From contig JAPLBY010000034.1 in assembly GCA_026392515.1 (NCBI GenBank), positions 67,692 through 131,691 on the forward strand: DNA of 64,000 nt, read 5' to 3'. A program made the position numbers and the translations under genes. The notes under the pieces were generated by a model. The model searched no databases. It was not told where the DNA came from and worked only from the letters and a program-made list of their open reading frames with translations. Within the stretch, counting starts at the first letter, position 1, and each line of letters starts with the position of its first letter. Of the stretch, positions 16,896 through 25,467 are shown in pieces. This DNA is from Actinomycetota bacterium. GTDB lineage: Bacteria; Actinomycetota; Actinomycetes; S36-B12; UBA5976.

Positions 16896-19796
16896 CTAAC
16901 TAGTTGCTTGGCTTGGCGATGGTGCCGGAGTCGCGACTGGGGATGGAGTTGGCGTTGGAGCCAGACTCTCACCCGCAATCTGACTACCAGCGGTTGTAGC
17001 GCGGTCTAGCGCCTCAGAAAGTCGAGCCTGTGCTTCTCCGTAAGCCGCAAAGTCACCAGCAGCCAACGCTGCTACACCGTCGGTGTAGGCCTTATTAGCG
17101 TCGATGATTGCCTTTGCTAGATCTTGCTCAGGTGTGGTTACTGGAGCCTCTGGCGCTGCCGGATCGGCTGGATCTACCGGAATTGTGGTTTGTCCGGTGA
17201 ATACCTTCTTTAACGCCGTTTCCAAATCATCTTCGAAGGCAACCTTGGAGCCGAAGGACACAAGAACCTTTCGAAGCAATGGATAACCTTCGCCTTGCGA
17301 AGCTCGCACATAGACCGGTTCGAAGTACAACAAGCCGCCACCGACTGGCAATGAAAGCAAGTTACCAAGCACCACGTCAGACCCACCGCTTCGCAATAAC
17401 GAAAGTTGCTTAGCTACTTCTGGGTCAGATTCGAAGTTGTTTTGAACTTGGCGTGGACCAGGAATCGTGGTGTTTCGCGGAAGTTGCAAAACTCGAATTG
17501 TTCCGTAGTCATCGCCATGATCCGAGTTAACCGACATAAATGCTGCCAAAGTTTGACGCTTCGTCGGTGCATAAGTCGTAGTTAGCGAGAACGTTGGAGC
17601 ATCTTGATCTGGCATTTGCAACGTTAAGTAGTAAGGCGGTTGCGCCTGACCAACAGTTGGCTTAGTTGGATCTTCTGGAACGATCCAGAAATCCTGACCA
17701 GAGTAGAACGCTTGTGGGTCACCTACGTGGTACTTAGCAAGCACATCGCGCTGAACCTTGAACATATCTTCTGGGTAACGAATGTGGTCTAGGACTCCAG
17801 CTGGAATTGCAGACTTAGGCTGAACTACTCCAGGGAATGCCTTGCTCCATGTCTGTAGGATCGGATCCTTTTCATCCCACGCGTAAATGTTCACTGTGCC
17901 GTCATACGCATCGACAGTGGCTTTAACTGCATTGCGAATGTATGTGATGTTTCCAGCACTTAGCGGAATCGACTCAAACTGAGTGTTCACAGAATCAGCA
18001 GTTGCATCACGTAACGAGATCCGGGCTGCATATGGGAATTCATTTGTAGTTGTGTAGCCATCAACAATCCATTGCACCTTGCCATCGACTACCGCAGGAT
18101 ACGGATCGCCATCAAGAGTTAGCCATGGAGCAACTTTGGCAACACGAGTCTTTGGATCACGGTCGTAGAGAATCTTTGACTCTGGTCCGATTTGATTAGA
18201 AAGCAAAATATTGGTCTCTTGATAATTCAAAGCAAAAATCGCGCGCTGAATCATGTTGCCAATCGGAACACCGCCAGAACCGGTGTAGGTGTTATTGGTC
18301 TGGCCGTTTGCACTCTTGTCATCTGGGAAATCAAGCTCGATCGGAGGCTGGCTGCCATCGCTACCAACAATTGAATAAGCCGGTGATTGCTCGCCGAAAT
18401 AGACACGTGGCTGATCAATGTCGAGCTTGCCTGATGGTGGAATGTTGCTTTCTGCAAACTTAGGAGCGCCATCAGCTTCAGAGGTGTTTTCATACGCAGC
18501 AACTACGCCGTAACCATGCGTGAAGACCATGTGGTCATTGAACCAATTTCGCTGATCGTCAGCCAGGCCAGCAAGGTTGACTTCGCGAACTGCAATTACA
18601 GTTCCCCGCTTAACTCCGTCAATTAGGTAACGGTCAACGTCAAGTGTGTCTGGGAAGGCATAGAAACCACGGATCTGTTGCAACTGGCTAAATGTTGGTG
18701 AGTTAAGAGCTGGGTCAAGCAAACGAATGTTCGACAGTGTTCCGGCATCTTCAGCCAAAGATGCAAGCGAAGGATTATCAATTGCTGCATAGTCGGTGAA
18801 CTTAACGTCATTTAACCCATAAGCCGTCAAAGTCGAATCGATGTTTCGCTGAATGTAAGGAGCTTCGCGCTGCAATTCCGAAGGCTTAACTTGGAACTGC
18901 TGAACGAAAGCTGGATACAGACCGCCAATTACAAAAGATGCTCCAAGCATTGCGCCGAAGGCAATAAATGGAAGTGACCAACCTTTTCTAAAGATCGCAA
19001 CGAAGAACAAGATTGCTGTGGCAAGGGCGATGTAAGTCAAAATCGTTTTTGCTGGAACTACTGCGTTTACATCGGTGTACTTAAGTCCTGTGATTAAGGC
19101 ATCTGATTTTGTTGCTAAAGAATACTTATCAATTGAATAAGCGCCAGCCTTTAGCAGGGCAAGAGTTCCAAGGAAGAACATTAGGTGGCGACGAGCTGAA
19201 TCAGTTGATTGCGAAATACTCGTGCGCAAACCACCGTAGATGTAATGAATAACAACATTCACAATCAAGGAAATGATCAGAATCGTAAATCCAAATCCTA
19301 AGAAGAATCTCAGGAATGGAAGTTCAAAAGCATAAAACGAAATGTCTTTACCGAATTGTGGATCAGTCTGACCAAACGGAGTTGAATTGCTCCACAACAT
19401 AAAAGTTTTCCACTGACTTGAAGCGGACAATCCGGTCAGCACGCCAAACGCAATCGGTCCTGCGATGAAAACTAAGCGGCGAAATGGATCTAGGCTTTCG
19501 CGGTACTTCTGAAGTGCAAATTCCTCAGGTGTAGCGGGCATGTTTATCGGACGGGAACGGTAAGCCAAGGTGGCAGCGCCCCAAAGGCTAAGCGCAGTCA
19601 ACAACGTCATAGAGATGAAAAGGATCGCCCTGATTGTCAGCTGCTGGGTAAACACATCAGTTCGACCCACCGAGCCGTACCACTGCCAATCGGTATAGAA
19701 GCCAGCGAATATAGAAAACGCGACAAAAAGACCGGCTAGCACCGCAAGGGTTAAACCGAGAGGGCTACGACGAGGACGTTCCAAATTTATGCTCAC
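16896..19796 (-). CDS. UPF0182 family large membrane protein (Rv3193c-like)
   Basis: 966 aa. About 7 N-terminal TM segments, then a large extracytoplasmic domain and a Pro/Ala/Thr-rich tail. Synteny with the PDZ-Lon and zincin genes. Confidence 0.8.
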   Translation of the reverse strand: MSINLERPRRSPLGLTLAVLAGLFVAFSIFAGFYTDWQWYGSVGRTDVFTQQLTIRAILFISMTLLTALSLWGAATLAYRSRPINMPATPEEFALQKYRESLDPFRRLVFIAGPIAFGVLTGLSASSQWKTFMLWSNSTPFGQTDPQFGKDISFYAFELPFLRFFLGFGFTILIISLIVNVVIHYIYGGLRTSISQSTDSARRHLMFFLGTLALLKAGAYSIDKYSLATKSDALITGLKYTDVNAVVPAKTILTYIALATAILFFVAIFRKGWSLPFIAFGAMLGASFVIGGLYPAFVQQFQVKPSELQREAPYIQRNIDSTLTAYGLNDVKFTDYAAIDNPSLASLAEDAGTLSNIRLLDPALNSPTFSQLQQIRGFYAFPDTLDVDRYLIDGVKRGTVIAVREVNLAGLADDQRNWFNDHMVFTHGYGVVAAYENTSEADGAPKFAESNIPPSGKLDIDQPRVYFGEQSPAYSIVGSDGSQPPIELDFPDDKSANGQTNNTYTGSGGVPIGNMIQRAIFALNYQETNILLSNQIGPESKILYDRDPKTRVAKVAPWLTLDGDPYPAVVDGKVQWIVDGYTTTNEFPYAARISLRDATADSVNTQFESIPLSAGNITYIRNAVKATVDAYDGTVNIYAWDEKDPILQTWSKAFPGVVQPKSAIPAGVLDHIRYPEDMFKVQRDVLAKYHVGDPQAFYSGQDFWIVPEDPTKPTVGQAQPPYYLTLQMPDQDAPTFSLTTTYAPTKRQTLAAFMSVNSDHGDDYGTIRVLQLPRNTTIPGPRQVQNNFESDPEVAKQLSLLRSGGSDVVLGNLLSLPVGGGLLYFEPVYVRASQGEGYPLLRKVLVSFGSKVAFEDDLETALKKVFTGQTTIPVDPADPAAPEAPVTTPEQDLAKAIIDANKAYTDGVAALAAGDFAAYGEAQARLSEALDRATTAGSQIAGESLAPTPTPSPVATPAPSPSQATS

Positions 19797-19847
19797 TTAA
19801 ATACCTTACGTTGAAATATCGCGAACCACATACGACAGACTTACCCT

Positions 19848-20363
19848 ATGGATTTTGCCTCAAACCTAGAACCCTTAATTAGGGAAGTTGAAGACCATGT
19901 GGCGAGCGCAGGTTGGGATCAACCAGTTCGCCTATTTGCCCTAGTCCCGACTGCCAATTTGCTTAAGGCCAATCCTGAGTTGGCTAACGAGCTTGGCATC
20001 AGTCCTGAAATGCCCCTCACTTCAGTAGAGCAAGAAATTGAGGACACCCTAGAACTTGATGAGTTGCTTGCAACTATCGCTTGGCCAGACGATGTAGCTG
20101 GAGCGATCGTGGTGCTCGAGCGAATTGTTTTGCCACCATCTGCTGAATCCGACTTGCCAACAAACGATGACTCTGCACTAGTGCAAGCAGCCTCAGATCA
20201 TCCAGAACGTCTAGATGTACGGATTGTCAGTGCGGTGCTGCGTAGCGGACAAAACTTAAACGCCTTGCGATATCGAACACATGATTCAGCGGACGCCGTT
20301 GCGGTAGCACCAAATCTTGTTAGTCGACTAAATGATGCCGTCGCATCAACTTTTGCGGACTAA
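19848..20363 (+). CDS. Conserved actinobacterial hypothetical protein (PPA1309-like)
   Basis: 171 aa, acidic, with the VRLFALVPT pattern seen in this family. Function unknown. Confidence 0.6.
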   Translation: MDFASNLEPLIREVEDHVASAGWDQPVRLFALVPTANLLKANPELANELGISPEMPLTSVEQEIEDTLELDELLATIAWPDDVAGAIVVLERIVLPPSAESDLPTNDDSALVQAASDHPERLDVRIVSAVLRSGQNLNALRYRTHDSADAVAVAPNLVSRLNDAVASTFAD

Positions 20364-20377
20364 AACTTTTTGAACTT

Positions 20378-20689
20378 CTAAGGAGTTTCGCCAAGGTTTA
20401 GTGGCGTTCCGATTTGTCTCAAGGCGCCGGTACCACCTGCGATGTTTACAACATCAAATCCTTGAGCTTCCAGGAATTGTCCAGCTTGAGCAGATCGTCC
20501 ACCTGCTTCACAAATCAAGTACTGCGTTACGGTTTTGTCGATTTCATTTTGCCGAACTGGAATTGTTGAAAGTGGGATATGGACTGCACCTGGAATGTGT
20601 CCTGATATGTATTCATCATGTTCACGAACATCAATAACTGAAACGTTCTTGTATATCGCCAGCAATTCGATAGCTGAAATTTCCTTCAT
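20378..20689 (-). CDS. Single-domain rhodanese sulfurtransferase
   Basis: 103 aa. Active-site loop CEAGGRS. Confidence 0.88.
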   Translation of the reverse strand: MKEISAIELLAIYKNVSVIDVREHDEYISGHIPGAVHIPLSTIPVRQNEIDKTVTQYLICEAGGRSAQAGQFLEAQGFDVVNIAGGTGALRQIGTPLNLGETP

Positions 20690-20721
20690 GATTTACCCGC
20701 TTTCCTAAAGACTTCTAAATT

Positions 20722-21783
20722 CTATTTCACGCAAGGAGTTACGGTTGCACCCGCATTAAAGGCCTCAATTTCATCCATGGCATCCTCAAGCGTCTCAATG
20801 GCTGCCACAGTTAGGCCATCAGGAATGTGGCCGATGACTTCATCACAATTACCCTCAGGTGCCAAGAACAAAACTGCACCCGCATCTCGAGCGCCTATCA
20901 ACTTCTGCCGTATCCCACCGATTTCGCCAACGTTTCCGGCAGGATCGATCGTGCCGGTGCCAGCAATAATCTTTCCTTGCGTCAATGCGCCAGGAGTTAG
21001 TTTGTCGATGATTCCAATGGCAAACAACGTGCCAGCACTTGGTCCACCAACACCGGTTACCCCGAACTTGATTTCAAATTCAGCTGAGTAATTAATATCG
21101 ATACCAATGCCGATGTATGGAATTGTTTCTTCGTTTTGTTCCGTTTCCGGATCATCAGGGCGGGTTCCAGATGTGACAACTACATCAAGTTTTGTGCCAC
21201 CTCGCATAACTGAAAAATTCAGATCGGTCCCGATTGGTTTGGATCGCACTGCCTCAACAACTTGTTCAGGTGTTTTCATTTGAACACCGTCAACTGTCAA
21301 GATCTCGTCACCAGCACGGAGCTTGTCTTGCGCGGGTGTATCAAGTCCAACGCTGGTAACAATTAATTGCTCTTTGATTGGCTGATCTAAGTAATCCATT
21401 GCTGCCGCGATTGCATAACTCTGTGAGGTACTAAATGCCTCAACGTTTCTTGCAGTGTTTTCTTCCTCGGTTTCACCTTCCGGGTAAACCGATTCGCGCG
21501 GCACAACTCGTCGATCCGGATCAATCCAACCCCAAATTGCTTGGAACATATCCAAGCCTTCTTGCGGTCCCCCATACTCGCTGACTGTTGTCATATCGAG
21601 TTCGCCTTCAGTTGGGTAAGTCTCAGTACCTGAAATTGAAATCAGTTCGATCTTGTTAACTTCTCCGATGGTGTTGAACACTGGACCAGGTGAGGTCATC
21701 ACATAAGGAACTGGAATGAACATTGCGGCGCCCAGCAAAATCAAGAGGGTCCACGTCAGAGTGGGCTTTAATCTTGAGCGCAT
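20722..21783 (-). CDS. PDZ domain plus Lon-C (S16) protease, membrane anchored (Rv3194c/YlbL-like)
   Basis: N-terminal TM, PDZ (LRAGDEILTVDG), GVGGPSAGTLFAIG (catalytic Ser) and GGIRQKLIGA (Lys). Confidence 0.85.
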   Translation of the reverse strand: MRSRLKPTLTWTLLILLGAAMFIPVPYVMTSPGPVFNTIGEVNKIELISISGTETYPTEGELDMTTVSEYGGPQEGLDMFQAIWGWIDPDRRVVPRESVYPEGETEEENTARNVEAFSTSQSYAIAAAMDYLDQPIKEQLIVTSVGLDTPAQDKLRAGDEILTVDGVQMKTPEQVVEAVRSKPIGTDLNFSVMRGGTKLDVVVTSGTRPDDPETEQNEETIPYIGIGIDINYSAEFEIKFGVTGVGGPSAGTLFAIGIIDKLTPGALTQGKIIAGTGTIDPAGNVGEIGGIRQKLIGARDAGAVLFLAPEGNCDEVIGHIPDGLTVAAIETLEDAMDEIEAFNAGATVTPCVK

Positions 21784-21958
21784 CCAAATGCCATTTCTTT
21801 TTGGGAAAACAATAAGTTTCTAGGCTTACAGCGTACGTGAAGAATCTGGATGTTCGCCGTGGGCTAGAAGCAAAATGATTCAGGGTTGGTGGGACTGGGC
21901 ATAACCTTGGAAGTAACTGGCCCTTTTGTTCTTCTGAGCAAAAAGATAAGTAGGAAAA

Positions 21959-23293
21959 ATGAGTATGCCGTTTGGATTCGCCCCTGGTGGCGACGAGAAC
22001 AACGAACTAGCTGACATGCTCGAAAACATGGGACGCATGCTTCGTAACGGCGGCGATCCATCTGGTGGCTCAGTTAACTGGACTAGCGCCCACACCGCGT
22101 CTGATCAAGCCTTAAGCAAAGCTGGGGATCCAGCGATCAATGAGTCAGACAATGAGAAATTGCGCTCGGCGGCTGACTTGGCTGACTTGTGGCTAAACGA
22201 TGCAACCACAATTCCAAGCGCGGGTCACACAATCAACGGCGTAACTCGTACTCAATGGCTAGCTTCCACTTTTGATTCCTGGAAGGTAGTTGTGCAACCT
22301 GTTGCCGATGCAATGGCAGGTGTGATGACTGGCATGCTGCCTTCAGGTAACGATGCAGGAACTATCAATATCCCAGAGGAATTACTTTCAAGTCTTCCGG
22401 ATGAGGTTGCAGCAAATCTTCGCGAAACTTTGGCTTCACCTGACTTCGCTGCGATCACCGGTCCACTTATGGCTATGGCAAAGTCGATGGGCGCAACTAT
22501 GTTTGGCACGCAATTTGGTCAGGCACTTGGGCAAATGACCACTGAAGTTTTGAGTAATTCTGATGTTGGTATTCCATTAAATGCCTCTGGCAAACCTGGA
22601 TTAGTTATTTCAAACGCAAATGAATTTATCAAGGGTTTATCAATCGATGAATCTGAAGCAAGGCTCTACATAACACTTCGCGAACTCGCACATCAAAGGT
22701 TGTTTACTGCTGCCCCGTGGATTCAGTCCCAGTTGATGGCTGCGATTTCGGACTATGCCAGAGGCGTCAAGATTGACACCAGTGCAATCGAACAAGCCAT
22801 GACGCAAATTGATCCATCAAATCCAGACAGCATCAACAGCATGATGACGTCTTCGTTATTCGAGCCGACTCAAACTCCGGAGCAAGTAGCAGCTCTAACC
22901 CGAATTGAACTGCTCTTGGCGCTCATTGAAGGTTGGGTAACTGTGGTGGTAACTCAGGCAGCCGGAACTCGTCTGCAATCCGCTGGGGCGCTTGAAGAAG
23001 TGTTTAGGCGACGTCGCGCTGCTGGTGGGCCGGCAGAAAAAGTGTTTGGCGGGCTCATCGGATTGGAAATGCGTCCACGTCGAATGCGCGAAGCTGCTGC
23101 GCTGTGGCAGCGACTAGCCGAAACCCAAGGCATCGCCGCACGAGATGCACTTTGGACTCACCCTGACTTGCTTCCAAGAGACTCTGACATTGATGACATT
23201 GATGCTTTTCTTGCCACTGGAACTGAAGACTTAATGGCCGAGCTTAACAAGGCAATTGAATCGGCTAAAGAGGATCCAGAAAGTAATTCGTAA
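21959..23293 (+). CDS. Zincin_2 (DUF2342) putative metallopeptidase-like protein, metal motif degenerate
   Basis: 444 aa. The family pattern ...LRELAHQRLFTAAPW... stands where relatives carry HExxH (here RELAH, nt 22679-22693). Synteny equals Rv3195. Confidence 0.7.
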   Translation: MSMPFGFAPGGDENNELADMLENMGRMLRNGGDPSGGSVNWTSAHTASDQALSKAGDPAINESDNEKLRSAADLADLWLNDATTIPSAGHTINGVTRTQWLASTFDSWKVVVQPVADAMAGVMTGMLPSGNDAGTINIPEELLSSLPDEVAANLRETLASPDFAAITGPLMAMAKSMGATMFGTQFGQALGQMTTEVLSNSDVGIPLNASGKPGLVISNANEFIKGLSIDESEARLYITLRELAHQRLFTAAPWIQSQLMAAISDYARGVKIDTSAIEQAMTQIDPSNPDSINSMMTSSLFEPTQTPEQVAALTRIELLLALIEGWVTVVVTQAAGTRLQSAGALEEVFRRRRAAGGPAEKVFGGLIGLEMRPRRMREAAALWQRLAETQGIAARDALWTHPDLLPRDSDIDDIDAFLATGTEDLMAELNKAIESAKEDPESNS

Positions 23294-23324
23294 CTTACGT
23301 TGCTTAGTTAACTGAATTAATCAA

Positions 23325-23972
23325 CTACTCAGGCTTGAAATACTGCTGTGCGTGCGAGTAGCCGTCTAAGTAAGCTTTAGCTTTTTCGTGCTGTGGAAAC
23401 TTGTTCATAAGTTCATAAAATTCTGGACTGTGATCAGTTACCAGCAGATGAATCAATTCATGAACAATCACAGAATCGATGACATAGCTTGGCATTCGCT
23501 GCATTCGATGTGAGAGTCGAATCGAACCTTCATCTGGAGTGCAAGAACCCCATCGAGAATTTTGATTTGTAACCCAACGAATCTTCACTGGAACTTTGTG
23601 GGTATCAAAAAGATCTTGACCTAGATATTTCTTTGAAAGCATCCGGGCTCGTTGTTCCAGTGACTCTTGAGAACTAGTTCGTTCGTCTCGGTCATCTAAG
23701 CGATTAACCAACTCGACTACGTAGGCGTCAATATCTCGCTTTGCCATTCGGGTTGGCACCGTGACAATCGTTTTATCGTTATCTCGATAGGCAGTTACAT
23801 TTCGCTTTGCTCGCTTGCTGCGCTTAACTTCAACTTTTGTTAAGTCAGTTCGTTGGTAGATAAATTCCACGGACTCATTTGCGTGTTCTGCGTTAGCAGC
23901 ATCTTCAGAATCGAAGAGCGATGGCTGATTTGGTCCGGTCACAGAACTCAGGCTAGCCCAGTCGCCTGTCAA
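23325..23972 (-). CDS. M48/DUF45 (YgjP/SprT-like) metal-dependent hydrolase
   Basis: WGSC...IRLS and HELIHLLVTDHSPEFY motifs. Start uncertain: TTG 23972 has no SD, and GTG 23942 is an alternative. Confidence 0.8.
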   Translation of the reverse strand: MTGDWASLSSVTGPNQPSLFDSEDAANAEHANESVEFIYQRTDLTKVEVKRSKRAKRNVTAYRDNDKTIVTVPTRMAKRDIDAYVVELVNRLDDRDERTSSQESLEQRARMLSKKYLGQDLFDTHKVPVKIRWVTNQNSRWGSCTPDEGSIRLSHRMQRMPSYVIDSVIVHELIHLLVTDHSPEFYELMNKFPQHEKAKAYLDGYSHAQQYFKPE

Positions 23973-23978
23973 AAATGA

Positions 23979-24052
23979 TGAAGCTCTCGAGCCGCGTGCT
24001 CAATCATTCGCCTTCCCCTTGCGAATGTCGGCTCGTTATCTCGAGAGCTTCA
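23979..24052 (-). other. Rod-like nested hairpin followed by a U-tract on the minus strand (attenuator or sRNA 3' end candidate)
   Basis: A 13-bp outer stem pairs 23979-23991 with 24040-24052. CCG/CGG (23992-94 / 24029-31) follows. The inner stem is 7 bp, cattcgc/gcgaatg (24005-11 / 24021-27), with loop cttcccctt. On the minus strand the hairpin is followed by TCATTTTTG. Confidence 0.5.
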
Positions 24053-24117
24053 ACTCGTGAAACCTACGCGCAAGTAACGCACTAATGCAACGTAAATGAA
24101 CAACTATTGAATTTTGC

Positions 24118-24299
24118 TGTGGACAAGGTTGGGGACTAACTGGGGATAGATGCCAAGTTATCTGGGGATTACTGGTGAACAACTTGGGGATAGATTGTTT
24201 GTGACCGTGTGAATATAGCGTTTAATCAGGGGTTATCTTGTCCACGGAATGTGGAAAGAAATAAGTTTTATCCCCATGGGGGTTATGTCTGAGTCCACA
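24118..24299. repeat. Array of DnaA-box-like 9-mers and phased TGGGGA direct repeats
   Basis: The 9-mers are TGTGGACAA (24118), TTGTCCACG (24238), TGTGGAAAG (24250), TTATCCCCA (24268) and GAGTCCACA (24291). TGGGGA(C/T)(T/A)(A/G) occurs at 24130, 24141, 24163 and 24185, with spacings of 11, 22 and 22 bp. Confidence 0.6.
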
Positions 24300-24339
24300 G
24301 TTACCGAGCTCATTTGAGCAAACTAATTGGGTATTAAAG

Positions 24340-25458
24340 GTGACTTGGAAAGTAACACAAAGGCGTTGTGGAATGTTGAATTTCTACACAAGATTCATTC
24401 TGCAAACTTCAGGAGTGAAAATAACCAATCCAAAATTAGGACCCGGCGTTCGGCTTTATGAACGCAGTCAAACTCAAATTCAAATTGGGATTAATCCAAA
24501 CTCAGCATTAGTTGTTGATAAGAAAGTCGGCGAAACAATTGGACGACTACTTACCGGAGCAAATTCAATCTCTGAAATCTGCAATCAATTAGTAGAAGCC
24601 GGGCATGACTTACAGTCAAGTGAGAATTTTCTAGATCAATTAATCGCGCTTGGGTTAGTTGAACCTGGTCCCATCGCCGCTACCTACGATCTGCAAAATC
24701 CTGTTTCTGAAATTCAACGCTTGAATCTTGCGCGAGAAACTTCAGGAGATTTAGATCAAATAGCTAACCGAATTGGGTGTGAAATTTCAATTCGTGGGGC
24801 TGGTCGTCTTGGTATGACGGTATGCCTGCTCCTTGCAAGCGCAGGATTTCCCAACATCACAGTTCACGATTCAACTTTGGTTAAAGAATCTGATTTAACC
24901 CCTTGGGGCGCATCCCGCATTGATGTTGGAATGCGCCGGGATGCGGTAGCAAAGAATTTAGTTGAGCGGATGATTAAGGGAGTTTCGGCACATAAGAACT
25001 TTTTGCGGTATCGGCCCAACCAGAAAATTGAAGTCCTACTCCCCGATCAACGAGCAGATTTCCCCTGGATTTCTGCAACCAGTGCAGATCAGTTTGTGGC
25101 AACCGATACCGCTTATCTATTTGCAACTACAAGCACTGGCGCAAGTCTGATTAGTTCGGTGATTGTGCCTGGGAAAACTCCGTGCCTTCGTTGCTTGCAC
25201 CTGCATCGTTGTGATCAAGATTCACAGTGGCCGCTCATAGATCTCCAGGTTTCCAAAAATCCGGCAATCGACAGCGCTCCAATCTCGCTGGTTCTGAACA
25301 CTGCAATGGCGGTAGCCCAGATGATTTCAGCCTGGGTCGATAAGACCGAATCTGTTGATTCTCAACTGATTGAGTTAGGGCTTAGCCAGAGTTCTGTTGA
25401 GACGTATCCCACGTTCTTTCACCCCTCCTGCGGATGCCGATGGGACTTAACTGCCTGA
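24340..25458 (+). CDS. ThiF/E1-like Rossmann protein with N-terminal winged-helix (PqqD/RRE-like) region
   Basis: The IRGAGRLGMTVCLLLASAG dinucleotide-binding loop is followed by VHDSTLVKESDL (compare D.D.V..SNL.RQ). CLRC and CGC cysteine pairs are present. Residues about 35-110 follow a beta3-alpha3 pattern (..ALVVDKKVGETIGRLLTGANSISEICNQLVEAG...NFLDQLIALGLVE). True start within 24340-24420 is uncertain. Confidence 0.7.
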   Translation: MTWKVTQRRCGMLNFYTRFILQTSGVKITNPKLGPGVRLYERSQTQIQIGINPNSALVVDKKVGETIGRLLTGANSISEICNQLVEAGHDLQSSENFLDQLIALGLVEPGPIAATYDLQNPVSEIQRLNLARETSGDLDQIANRIGCEISIRGAGRLGMTVCLLLASAGFPNITVHDSTLVKESDLTPWGASRIDVGMRRDAVAKNLVERMIKGVSAHKNFLRYRPNQKIEVLLPDQRADFPWISATSADQFVATDTAYLFATTSTGASLISSVIVPGKTPCLRCLHLHRCDQDSQWPLIDLQVSKNPAIDSAPISLVLNTAMAVAQMISAWVDKTESVDSQLIELGLSQSSVETYPTFFHPSCGCRWDLTA

Positions 25459-25467
25459 CAATTAGGT

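Noticed and set aside
24050-24062. parS-like half site (tcgtgaaac)
   Set aside because: Only one half of the TGTTTCACGTGAAACA palindrome is present.
24118-24299. Interpreting the DnaA-box-like cluster as the chromosomal origin (oriC)
   Set aside because: It is not adjacent to dnaA/dnaN, no obvious AT-rich unwinding element flanks it, and gene orientation shows no strand switch around it. It is kept only as a possible secondary DnaA or regulator binding array.
23975-24317. Small plus-strand ORFs in the long intergenic region as RiPP precursor candidates for the RRE/ThiF-like protein: 36 aa at 23975-24085 (MMKLSSRVLNHSPSPCECRL...), 20 aa at 24150-24212 and 13 aa at 24276-24317
   Set aside because: None has a convincing Shine-Dalgarno sequence. 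The first overlaps the hairpin and the opposite-strand gene start. The other two are built from the repeat motifs themselves. Without conservation data they are not supportable as genes.
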